A stretch of 64,000 bases of DNA from a virus, in the IMG/VR virus record IMGVR_UViG_3300034107_001363, positions 9,296 to 73,295 of that record. The stretch is one strand, 5' to 3'. The notes below the pieces were generated by a model. It made no database searches. It saw only the letters and a list, made by a program, of their open reading frames with translations, and was not told where the DNA came from. Positions 1 through 7,237 of the stretch are shown in pieces (the stretch's first letter is position 1; every line of letters begins with the position of its first letter). Made by a program: the position numbers and the translations under genes.

Positions 1-111
1 AAAGCCTCCAATTGAGTCGGCAATTTGAATTCGCACTTCTTTTCCAAAATAGAGGTGGATGCTGTAGTGGTTTTCGCCACAGGACTTTTCAACAGAAAAG
101 TATGCTTTCAT
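1..111 (-). CDS. Hypothetical protein, truncated by window start (MKAYFSVEKSCGENHYSIHLYFGKE...)
   Basis: ATG at 111, frame open to position 1; lies downstream of the promoter/leader at 120-283. Confidence 0.55.
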   Translation of the reverse strand, partial: MKAYFSVEKSCGENHYSIHLYFGKEVRIQIADSIGGF

Positions 112-120
112 GGTCGTGGT

Positions 121-174
121 AATAATAAAGAAGGCACCCCGGGAACCTTGGGCAGATTCTCGACGGGGTGCCTT
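121..174 (-). terminator. Terminator/attenuator hairpin
   Basis: 11-bp stem AAGGCACCCCG (131-141) / CGGGGTGCCTT (164-174), followed on the minus strand by CTTTATTATT. Confidence 0.6.
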
Positions 175-255
175 ATTTCTTGGCTGGTTGCGCGCTTTGT
201 TAAATTGCCCCTTGTCTCCGGGGTCTTCGAGGTTCACCTGTAAGCAGGTGATTCG

Positions 256-283
256 AAATTAACACAAAACGCAAGAATGGCAA
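256..283 (-). promoter_or_regulatory. Sigma70-like promoter
   Basis: Minus strand TTGCCA-16 nt-TAATTT with extended -10 TG. Confidence 0.6.
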
Positions 284-289
284 GGATTG

Positions 290-302
290 TTAGCTTGGCT
301 AA
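290..302. repeat. Palindromic motif TTAGC-N3-GCTAA (first of at least 10 exact copies)
   Basis: TTAGCTTGGCTAA. Other exact copies start at 7539, 9858, 11770, 15857, 18176, 21867, 37474, 58244 and 62969; one-mismatch copies at 5538 and 30282. Confidence 0.9.
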
Positions 303-356
303 ACAAGAGGGCCGCTATAGGTAGTGGCTCTTAGGGTTTCGAAGCACAATCCACTG

Positions 357-773
357 TCATTGATTTGCAGGAATTGAACATTCTTGGTCCGGCTCATAGT
401 CTTTTATCTCTTCAGCTCTGTTCCGGCCATCCTGATTGATTCCGTTGGCGTCCCACAGTGATTCATCGTCATGCAGCATTTGCAGGCTGGCCCAGAAATC
501 CCACGGGGCGTTTGCCACTTCAGGTTGCAACACTTCGCACAATTCGAAGCCGAGTTTTTCGGCAAATTCGTCTGGTTGCTGGTTGTTGAGTCCTTGTGCT
601 AGTTCGTCCATTTTTTGGAGGCGGCTGATTGTCTCTTCGTCATTGCGGCAAAACATTCCAACGGCACAACGGGTATTGTTCTCTCCAAGGTAGCGGCAGG
701 AATGGACAACCATTGACCGGTTTCCAAGATGGAAGTGACCGGTAACCTTGTCGATGATTTGGTGCAGGGTCAT
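357..773 (-). CDS. Hypothetical phage protein
   Basis: 138-aa ORF in a tightly packed minus-strand run; contains RCAVG and LQMLHD motifs. Confidence 0.8.
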   Translation of the reverse strand: MTLHQIIDKVTGHFHLGNRSMVVHSCRYLGENNTRCAVGMFCRNDEETISRLQKMDELAQGLNNQQPDEFAEKLGFELCEVLQPEVANAPWDFWASLQMLHDDESLWDANGINQDGRNRAEEIKDYEPDQECSIPANQ

Positions 774-777
774 AGCT

Positions 778-1245
778 TTATGCTTCGATAGCTGGAGTGT
801 AGCCCATTACTTTTTCAAGCAGCTGATCAAGGGCTGGAGCCACCTCGGAGTTGTCGAGAAGAGGGTTTGGTGCTGCGAGCCCTTGCTTGATTTTTTGCTT
901 GGTCGCTTCTTCATCAAAGCGCGACGGATGGAGCCGGCTGATCTGTTTTTTGAGCTTCATAATCAAAGGAGTTGAAAGATCGATGACGCATTTCAGTGGT
1001 TGGTCTTCGTTGAAGTAGCGCACGCTCGTGTCGATTTCGAAGTCGATGGGTTTAATTCCTTTTAGCAGCTTGATGGCTTCTAAACGGAGCTGTTCTTGAA
1101 CCTCCAGCGACTGCTTTTCGACGCGTTCTCCTTCTTTGGCGTGGGCAATCTTGGCCCGCTTAAGCAACGCTTCGGCAATTTGGGTCTTGGTTGGCTTTGG
1201 CTGGGCTTTTGAGACTTTGCCCGGGATGATGATGTTGGTGTTCAT
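778..1245 (-). CDS. Hypothetical protein
   Basis: 155-aa ORF with ATGA overlap to the upstream gene. Confidence 0.8.
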   Translation of the reverse strand: MNTNIIIPGKVSKAQPKPTKTQIAEALLKRAKIAHAKEGERVEKQSLEVQEQLRLEAIKLLKGIKPIDFEIDTSVRYFNEDQPLKCVIDLSTPLIMKLKKQISRLHPSRFDEEATKQKIKQGLAAPNPLLDNSEVAPALDQLLEKVMGYTPAIEA

Positions 1246-1436
1246 TTGTCGTTGAGGATGGACCTGCCGGACATCAGCAGGATTTGGAGGTATGGAGTGG
1301 CAAGCCGGTCATCTGCAAACATTGCTCCTATTAGGAAAGATTGCTCGGTGATTGCGGCTTGCTTGGAGCCTTCCTTGATTGCGCTGTTTTTGAGTAGCTG
1401 GCGAAGACGGTCCTTGAGGTCTTGTTCAGTTTTCAT
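1242..1436 (-). CDS. Hypothetical protein
   Basis: 64-aa ORF with 4-nt overlaps on both sides. Confidence 0.75.
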   Translation of the reverse strand: MKTEQDLKDRLRQLLKNSAIKEGSKQAAITEQSFLIGAMFADDRLATPYLQILLMSGRSILNDK

Positions 1437-1621
1437 GCGGGTCGTTTGGTGATGAATATCGCTTCCGGCTCGTAGTCGAGTGGGCTGCGAGTTAGCTTTT
1501 TGGCTTGGTTGATTGCTTTCTTGATTGTCTCAGCGGCGATTACAATTATGCAGTCGTCGACTTCCAGCGTGATGGCCCAGAGCGAGACGCGTTCTTGAGC
1601 TAGATACAGAGGGCCTTTCAC
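1433..1621 (-). CDS. Hypothetical protein
   Basis: Probable GTG start overlapping the stop of the ATPase gene (GTGA). Confidence 0.55.
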   Translation of the reverse strand: MKGPLYLAQERVSLWAITLEVDDCIIVIAAETIKKAINQAKKLTRSPLDYEPEAIFITKRPA

Positions 1622-2784
1622 AGCGCAAACTTCAGCCTCCGTTTGGCCTGACCAATTAGCTCGTTGATCAGGTGCTGTTGGAAAGCTAGCGAGTAGTCGT
1701 CGTAGCCGTTGGAGTGGCACTGCTCTTCGAACAGGGTGGCGACCATTTCAAAGCAGCCCTTGTCGAATGCCTTCTGGCTGAGGAGAATGTCGCCGTCATG
1801 GTAGTAAGCGATTACGTTCTGGTTGTCGCAGTGGACTTTTTTGATGCGGGCATTGACCGGGTAGCCAGCTAGTGCAAGGAATTCCTTGGCACGCTCGACC
1901 ATAGCTTCCTCGTCGTTGACCATCTCGAGCTGCGCAAACCCGGCGGTGGGGTTCTTGCGCTTGTAAATCAACGCGATGGCAGGATTGAGGTCAGTCGGAC
2001 GGGTTGCCCACAGGCGACTGACGACATCGGTCATTTCATCCGACCATGGGTTGTCGTAGTCGAGGTTTTGCTCAAAGCCTTTGGCCGTTACGAAATACTC
2101 GAGAAGCTTGGCGTCTTTGACATGACCGCAAACCGAATCGCCGATGCGGTAGCGCAAGGTGTATTCATTGGCGATGGTCCGGTCTTCGGTCAGCTCCATT
2201 TCGCACAACAGCTCGTAGTCGTAATGGGCGCCTTCCAGCTCCTTTACCTTGACCCCGCGATAGAACACCTTGCCGTTCCCTTGATAGATCCGAAGGTTGC
2301 GCGATTCGTGGATAGGTTCGCGGTCACCGATGAACAGTTGGTCGTGATTGGAGTGGGCCTTGAGGATGTCAGGACCGGTGACGACGATTGAAGTGCCGTC
2401 TTCCATTGCTTCGCCTGTGAACCAGATGCCGCCTTCGTCTATGGTGTTGGACACCAGCTCACGGTAGGCGCCAGCAACCTGCCACTTCTTGCCGTATTCA
2501 GTGGTGAATGGCAGTTCCCTGCCGTTGCAGGTGACTTGCTGGAAGTCCTTGCCTCGGAAGCTGATGTCGGCAAGGCCAAAGGACCAATGCTTGCCGTTGC
2601 TGTGGATGTCGACCTGATGGCCTTCACGCAGCAGCACGGCGATGGCATACTTGAGGCCGGTGCCAAACAGCCCGATTGGGTTGCCGGTTTCTTTTGCCGA
2701 GATTCCCATCAGTTCCCATGATTTGGGATCGATCGGGCCATTGGAGTGAAATACGACGGAGGTTGGTTTGGTTATCGTGTTCAT
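1618..2784 (-). CDS. GHKL (HATPase_c-like) ATPase with C-terminal zincin-like motif
   Basis: N-terminal SNG...GISAK...IGLFGTGLKYAIAVLLREG; C-terminal TLFEEQCH. Confidence 0.75.
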   Translation of the reverse strand: MNTITKPTSVVFHSNGPIDPKSWELMGISAKETGNPIGLFGTGLKYAIAVLLREGHQVDIHSNGKHWSFGLADISFRGKDFQQVTCNGRELPFTTEYGKKWQVAGAYRELVSNTIDEGGIWFTGEAMEDGTSIVVTGPDILKAHSNHDQLFIGDREPIHESRNLRIYQGNGKVFYRGVKVKELEGAHYDYELLCEMELTEDRTIANEYTLRYRIGDSVCGHVKDAKLLEYFVTAKGFEQNLDYDNPWSDEMTDVVSRLWATRPTDLNPAIALIYKRKNPTAGFAQLEMVNDEEAMVERAKEFLALAGYPVNARIKKVHCDNQNVIAYYHDGDILLSQKAFDKGCFEMVATLFEEQCHSNGYDDYSLAFQQHLINELIGQAKRRLKFAL

Positions 2785-3149
2785 GTCGGTGAATTATCCA
2801 GCCCGCAGGGCTTAGGTTGAATTTTGGAAACAAAATCAAAGACGATTTCAGCTAGCTCATAAGCGCCGATTGGCTTTTCCCATGCTTTGAGGATGGTTTT
2901 TATGAGCGCGTCTTTATTGAGGTGTAATCCTGCTAATTGGGTAGCTGGAAGTGGTAAGTCTTCTAGGGTTGAAATGAATGTCATGGCTCGGCAGCTTCCT
3001 CCTACGGAAGTGTGGAGCCATAGCCCATCTTTACGCGTGCGATCCCAGCATCCGCCTTCTTTGAGGTAAGGAGAGTTTACGGTTCCGATTGGGACGTAGC
3101 GTTTTCCAATTTTTCGGTAAATTGGTTCTCGTGGATCTTTGATTTGCAT
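2781..3149 (-). CDS. Hypothetical protein
   Basis: 122-aa ORF with N-terminal YRKIGKRYVPIG; overlaps the next gene. Confidence 0.75.
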   Translation of the reverse strand: MQIKDPREPIYRKIGKRYVPIGTVNSPYLKEGGCWDRTRKDGLWLHTSVGGSCRAMTFISTLEDLPLPATQLAGLHLNKDALIKTILKAWEKPIGAYELAEIVFDFVSKIQPKPCGLDNSPT

Positions 3150-3346
3150 TTTGTGAGGCAGTGTAAAATTTAAATGACTATGAAGATGAGTGCGATTCGG
3201 AATACCATTTTAGCTGTGACTAAAGGAAAGCTTGCACCCCGGTCCCAAAGGACGGAGCATCGGGGCGCGTTGGTGTGCCGGATTTCGCTCCAGAGTCCGG
3301 GAGGCGGTTCATAGCCTCTTCTTTCTTGGTTCCTTGCTACGGGAAA

Positions 3347-3559
3347 TTAAATCAGGATAGAAAGCACTTTTGGCATCCGGTGGACGCCTTTGTTGTGGTT
3401 TTCACGGCGTGTTGCCTTTGCTTGCCGATGCTCTTCCAGCATGTGCTGGTGACGAGCGTGTGGCATCATACATTTCAGCCTATCCCGCTCAAAGGTAGGG
3501 GTGTAGGTGTAGCTGAATTTGACTTCCGTGTTTGGGTGGGTGGTGGTGTATGGTTTCAT
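3347..3559 (-). CDS. Hypothetical protein
   Basis: 70-aa ORF, ATG start coupled to the upstream stop. Confidence 0.6.
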   Translation of the reverse strand: MKPYTTTHPNTEVKFSYTYTPTFERDRLKCMMPHARHQHMLEEHRQAKATRRENHNKGVHRMPKVLSILI

Positions 3560-3684
3560 TTGGCTTGGTTGCGTTGGTCGAGGAGCTTATCGATAAGGAC
3601 TAGCATTGCCCGTTTGGTTTTTTCGGTTTTGGTTGACCGCAATTTGCGGTAGGCGTCGAGCAGTTGTTGGTCGAGCAGGTTCAC
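3556..3684 (-). CDS. Small hypothetical protein (42 aa, MNLLDQQLLDAYRKLRS...)
   Basis: GTG start; 4-nt overlaps with both neighbours. Confidence 0.55.
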   Translation of the reverse strand: MNLLDQQLLDAYRKLRSTKTEKTKRAMLVLIDKLLDQRNQAK

Positions 3685-3740
3685 TTAAAAAAGAGGTGGA
3701 GTAGGAGGAGAATGACAATCAAGAAGATCAGTTTGATCAT
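3681..3740 (-). CDS. 19-aa hydrophobic peptide MIKLIFLIVILLLLHLFFK
   Basis: ATG start; stop overlaps the GTG of the next ORF. Confidence 0.4.
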   Translation of the reverse strand: MIKLIFLIVILLLLHLFFK

Positions 3741-3868
3741 GGACGGGGAAATTAACAACGTCTTCCTTTGCGGGAAAAGGCGTAACGTGTCAGGTTGGTG
3801 GTCGGAAGCGGCCTCACGCTTCTGCTTGTGTTTTGTTACAGGTCCGGTTGATTCCTTGCTACGGGAAA

Positions 3869-4153
3869 TTATGGAAGCGGAGGGATTTCGATTTCGTGAC
3901 AGGCGATGCGGTCGATTCCGCGGTTAAAATCGGCAGCCATTCGCCTTGGCCAAGTCGAAAAGCACTCGTTCGGATACTCGTTGATCCAAACTTTGCGCGG
4001 CTTCGGGGCGATTCGATAGTCGTCCTTTGGTCCTTGAAATGTCATATCGCCCGTTGTTATCCACTCGTTTTCAAAGCTGAGAGTTTGCACATTCTTGCCC
4101 TCCGCAAAAGCTGTGATGATCGGCAGTAGTTCTTTGGCGTGTTCTCGTGTCAT
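3869..4153 (-). CDS. Conserved phage hypothetical protein
   Basis: MTREHAKELLPIITAFAEGKNVQ...YRIAPKPR pattern, common in phage early genes. Confidence 0.85.
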   Translation of the reverse strand: MTREHAKELLPIITAFAEGKNVQTLSFENEWITTGDMTFQGPKDDYRIAPKPRKVWINEYPNECFSTWPRRMAADFNRGIDRIACHEIEIPPLP

Positions 4154-4184
4154 GTTGTCCTGCGGTTTTGTAAATTAGAAATGC

Positions 4185-4523
4185 TTAATCCCGCCACAAA
4201 GCCAGTGTTCGGAGAAAGGCTTCGGCTCGTTGAGCTGCGGGAGCAAAAGCAACAAATACATTTTTTTTGTTGCTTTTCTTTAGGGCGCTCACGATGGCCC
4301 CCCCATATCTAACGAGGTCGGCCAACGACAACACCTTCTCCGCTTCGTGCATGGCGTTGAGGTCGTTGAGGTAGTCGGGGACATAGCGCACATTCCGGCT
4401 TACGTAGTTTACATCCGGTGGGTAGCCCCTGACATCGTCGCAAAGACCTTCCTGCTGGCATATGGTTACCCACCTCCACCCGCAAGCCTCGGCGATGGCG
4501 ATTCTTTGTGCTTCTGGTTTCAT
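4185..4523 (-). CDS. Phage protein, ABA-sandwich-like
   Basis: RIAIAEACGW...PDYLNDLNAMHEAE...AAQRAEAFL; start trimmed to ATG 4523. Confidence 0.7.
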   Translation of the reverse strand: MKPEAQRIAIAEACGWRWVTICQQEGLCDDVRGYPPDVNYVSRNVRYVPDYLNDLNAMHEAEKVLSLADLVRYGGAIVSALKKSNKKNVFVAFAPAAQRAEAFLRTLALWRD

Positions 4524-4693
4524 GGTTTCCAGAGGTTGGCCACAAACCGCGAGAACGGCGAGGGGTGATACGGATGCGGCGCCTTCCGCGCCAACCACCG
4601 CGCCAGCTCCTCCTCCGCGAGTTTGCGGCCAGCCTTAGACTTTGCGCTGGCCACGTTGGCATGGAGCGCTTCGGTGATGGGGTTGGCGTTCAT
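4520..4693 (-). CDS. Small hypothetical protein (57 aa)
   Basis: Fills the gap exactly, with ATGA overlaps at both ends. Confidence 0.6.
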   Translation of the reverse strand: MNANPITEALHANVASAKSKAGRKLAEEELARWLARKAPHPYHPSPFSRFVANLWKP

Positions 4694-4890
4694 GGTTGGT
4701 TTCCTTTCACGGTGGCGATTGCCTTATCTAGCGGACTGGGACGGGTGTGTTTGCCAAACTCCGATACCGCCCATTCGCAAGCGGCGAGAAGCTCGTCGCG
4801 CTGGCGCTCAAGCCGTTTCGATGTTTCGTAGACCCGGACGATGCTCTCGTTGGCTGCCGCGTCTGTCTCCGGTGTCGGTCGGTCACTCAT
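4690..4890 (-). CDS. Hypothetical protein (TPETDA...LERQRDEL family)
   Basis: 66-aa ORF with coupled overlaps. Confidence 0.75.
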   Translation of the reverse strand: MSDRPTPETDAAANESIVRVYETSKRLERQRDELLAACEWAVSEFGKHTRPSPLDKAIATVKGNQP

Positions 4891-5204
4891 GCGCCCTCCT
4901 TTCTTGCCACGAGCATGGCGTCGGCAACAATGTAAGCTGCCTTGGCAACATTGCGCGCTTGGTCTCCTTCATCTATGCCGTCGTCCATCGTTAATGGCTG
5001 GCTATGGGGTGGCATTTCGTCATCTAGCAACGAATCAACGCCTTTCATGCGCTCCCACTCAATACACCCCTGCAAAGCCGCCGCTGCGAAGTAGTCACGA
5101 AGGTTCATTCCGTTAGGGTCTCCGTTTTCTTCGCAATCCCAGAATTCGCGTTGGCCAACTGGCACAGGGAACGCTGGCCCGCCGTCGTTTTGTGGTTTGT
5201 TCAT
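4887..5204 (-). CDS. Conserved phage protein (GGPAFP...LRDYFAAAALQG family)
   Basis: Recognisable motif set ending ADAML; start trimmed to ATG 5204. Confidence 0.85.
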   Translation of the reverse strand: MNKPQNDGGPAFPVPVGQREFWDCEENGDPNGMNLRDYFAAAALQGCIEWERMKGVDSLLDDEMPPHSQPLTMDDGIDEGDQARNVAKAAYIVADAMLVARKEGA

Positions 5205-5284
5205 GATTTTGAGTGTCAGAAGGGGTCTGTGGCTGAGGTTTGGGGATCTTTTGCAACCGATGCCCAAACATCAAGCCGAAGGCT

Positions 5285-5371
5285 TCAGTGAAGCCGTAGG
5301 GACCGGCACCAGTAGCATGGCCCGGAGTGGTTTTGCCATTGGTAGCAGTGCGGGCAGTAATAGTTTTTCAT
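5285..5371 (-). CDS. 28-aa zinc-ribbon microprotein MKNYYCPHCYQWQNHSGPCYWCRSLRLH
   Basis: CxxC-x9-CxxC; A-rich upstream context like neighbouring starts. Confidence 0.55.
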   Translation of the reverse strand: MKNYYCPHCYQWQNHSGPCYWCRSLRLH

Positions 5372-5380
5372 GGTTTTGGA

Positions 5381-5533
5381 TCAACCAACAAGATGACGGT
5401 CGTTTTTCCATTCTCGTAGCACCAACCAAAGTAGGCCGGCCAAAGTGGCTGCGTCATACATCCAGCAGGAATGCAGCAAGACCCAGCGGGCGTCTTCAGA
5501 GAACACTCCTGCTTTTTCTTTGAACAATTTCAT
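5381..5533 (-). CDS. Small hypothetical protein (MKLFKEKAG...)
   Basis: ATG at 5533 preceded by AAAACC. Confidence 0.6.
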   Translation of the reverse strand: MKLFKEKAGVFSEDARWVLLHSCWMYDAATLAGLLWLVLREWKNDRHLVG

Positions 5534-5562
5534 GGTTTTAGTTTGGCTAATGAAAAAAGGTG

Positions 5563-5591
5563 TTGCCAAGTGGGCAGAAAGAAAGCATTTT
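5563..5591 (+). promoter_or_regulatory. Sigma70-like promoter facing an ORF-poor structured region
   Basis: TTGCCA-17 nt-CATTTT. Confidence 0.5.
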
Positions 5592-5597
5592 GCTGTC

Positions 5598-5930
5598 GTC
5601 ACTGCTGGCACGGATCGACAAGACTTTCTCACCGGCCGAGAAGCCATAAAAGCCCCGGACCCTGTGCCAGCAGGACCGGGGTTTTTCATTTTCCCCGACA
5701 TCGACCCTCGTGGTCTTCGGAGGCAAAGGGGGAAACCTCATGCTGGAAATCATCGTTTGTTCAACGACCGTGGTGGAAACAACACTCAGGACGCTGAAAG
5801 GGGCAGAAGGACGATGAGGCGGGCAACCCGGAAGGGACCAGTTTCGCTACTCAGTGACTCAGCTTTGCACCTGCCAGAGGTACGCGCGCGCGTGTATGGT
5901 ACACGGAGTTCCGACCGGATGTTTCAATCC
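5598..5930 (+). ncRNA. Candidate structured RNA with an attenuator-like 5' part
   Basis: About 425-nt intergenic gap; CTGCTGGCAC (5603-5612) is complementary to GTGCCAGCAG (5664-5673) inside a terminator; downstream GNRA-capped stems and long-range helices. Confidence 0.5.
5648..5692. terminator. Terminator hairpin, possibly bidirectional
   Basis: AAAAGCCCCGG...CCGGGGTTTTTCATTTT. Confidence 0.7.
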
Positions 5931-5959
5931 TCGAACAACTGAAGGGGCAGCTGGAGGAA

Positions 5960-6184
5960 CTAGGCACCTAGGCTACGGAACAACAAGGCATCGGTTTCCA
6001 GATCCATTAGAGTGTTACGAGGCATGATTGAGACCAGTAGGTCATCTGACTTACCCCACACTTCCATTACTGACTTGAGGTAGGCTTGAAGGTCGGACCC
6101 GTTGGCCATGTAGAGAATTCCCTTGTTGTTGAGGACGAGGGTTATTGGCACTGGCTCCCCTAGCTTGCGTTTTGAGGCGGTCAC
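5960..6184 (-). CDS. Hypothetical protein
   Basis: 74-aa ORF with GTGA overlap. Confidence 0.65.
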   Translation of the reverse strand: MTASKRKLGEPVPITLVLNNKGILYMANGSDLQAYLKSVMEVWGKSDDLLVSIMPRNTLMDLETDALLFRSLGA

Positions 6185-6534
6185 GGGACAAGGGGCTTAA
6201 GTAGCTCGATGCTGCGGGCTTCAATGAGTTTCAAGATTCCGCTGGCTTGCTTTTGCCATTTTGCCGTTTGTTCCAAATAATTCCATGAATGGCTGCTTTC
6301 CATTGAGAAAATTGCTTCGCTGAAGTCGTGACCTAGTTCGGCTAGCTCGTTGTCTAATGGCTCGCCACTTCCCTTTCGGGGAATGGCTGCACACAGGTTT
6401 CCGCAGGCACAGGTTACCCATTCCCCTGCGAGATCACTGGCGTTTATCAGCTGGTCGGCGGTGAATTCTTTTTGGGATAGAAATGCATTCCAGTCGAATG
6501 GTGGCTTACCATTTAGTTGGGTGAAGGTTTCCAT
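6181..6534 (-). CDS. Hypothetical phage protein
   Basis: 117-aa ORF with WVTCACGN motif. Confidence 0.8.
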   Translation of the reverse strand: METFTQLNGKPPFDWNAFLSQKEFTADQLINASDLAGEWVTCACGNLCAAIPRKGSGEPLDNELAELGHDFSEAIFSMESSHSWNYLEQTAKWQKQASGILKLIEARSIELLKPLVP

Positions 6535-6629
6535 GCTGTTTGGATTGAACGTCTGAAAGTCTGGGTGTCACTGAACAACGGCCGGGGCGCGGGAGCTTGG
6601 TGTGCGGTGCCGGTGGGATTGATCGTAGC

Positions 6630-6670
6630 AAAAAAAGGGAAGGGGGCGAGGCCGTGAAGCCCTGCCCCCG
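6630..6670 (-). terminator. Rho-independent terminator
   Basis: GGGGGC...GCCCCC stem then a T7 run on the minus strand, directly after the stop at 6679. Confidence 0.8.
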
Positions 6671-6678
6671 TGGGTGGA

Positions 6679-7152
6679 TTAGAACGCGCTGCCGGACTCT
6701 TCGCCCTTGCCGAACGCGGCGGCGAACTCGGAGTAGCCCTTGAGCACTTCGAAGGCCTCGGCGTCGAGGATCTTACCCGCGAAGTAGGCCTGCGGTGGTG
6801 TTGAGCCGGAGGAACGGCTGCCGTCCTCGCGGGTCTTATTCCAGCTGCGGATCACGGTGACCTCGCCAAGCTGGGCTGCGATGTCCAATGGTAGTCCCGT
6901 GGTGACGATGCGGGTGCCTTTGCTGGCGGCACTGAGCAGGGCCATCTGGGACTCGCTGGATAGGCCGTGGACGACCTTGCGGAGGTCCGCCACCTTTTCG
7001 AGGTCGCAGTTGGTCGAGAGCGCCGTGTAGTCGGCAGCGTCTCGGGTGTGGATCAGTGCGGCGGTCGGTGTGACGACGGCGGTGGACGATTCGCCAGCGT
7101 CGGAGAACTCGGAGGCTTCGTTGCGGGCGATGTTTGCGAATGCGGTCTTCAT
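6679..7152 (-). CDS. Hypothetical protein, probably highly expressed (possibly ssDNA-binding)
   Basis: ATG 7152; strongly C/G-ending codons; own terminator; C-terminus GEESGSAF. Confidence 0.75.
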   Translation of the reverse strand: MKTAFANIARNEASEFSDAGESSTAVVTPTAALIHTRDAADYTALSTNCDLEKVADLRKVVHGLSSESQMALLSAASKGTRIVTTGLPLDIAAQLGEVTVIRSWNKTREDGSRSSGSTPPQAYFAGKILDAEAFEVLKGYSEFAAAFGKGEESGSAF

Positions 7153-7237
7153 GGTCGTGTTGTCTTTTCTATTGAGGTGTGAGACAAGGGCGGACGGGCA
7201 ACAGCGCCCATCCACCCTCATCTCGATCACTGAACTC

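Larger units (their letters stand above)
3330..3871. repeat. 20-bp direct repeat TTCCTTGCTACGGGAAATTA at 3330-3349 and 3852-3871
   Basis: Exact copies, each including the TAA stop of a minus-strand gene; degenerate copy TTCCTTTGCGGGAAA at 3763-3777. Confidence 0.85.

Noticed and set aside
3210-3223. TTAGCTGTGACTAA as another palindrome copy
   Set aside because: One base longer and mismatched, so not counted
3330-3871. Possible mini-CRISPR array from the 20-bp repeats
   Set aside because: Only two exact copies 522 bp apart, with ORFs between them
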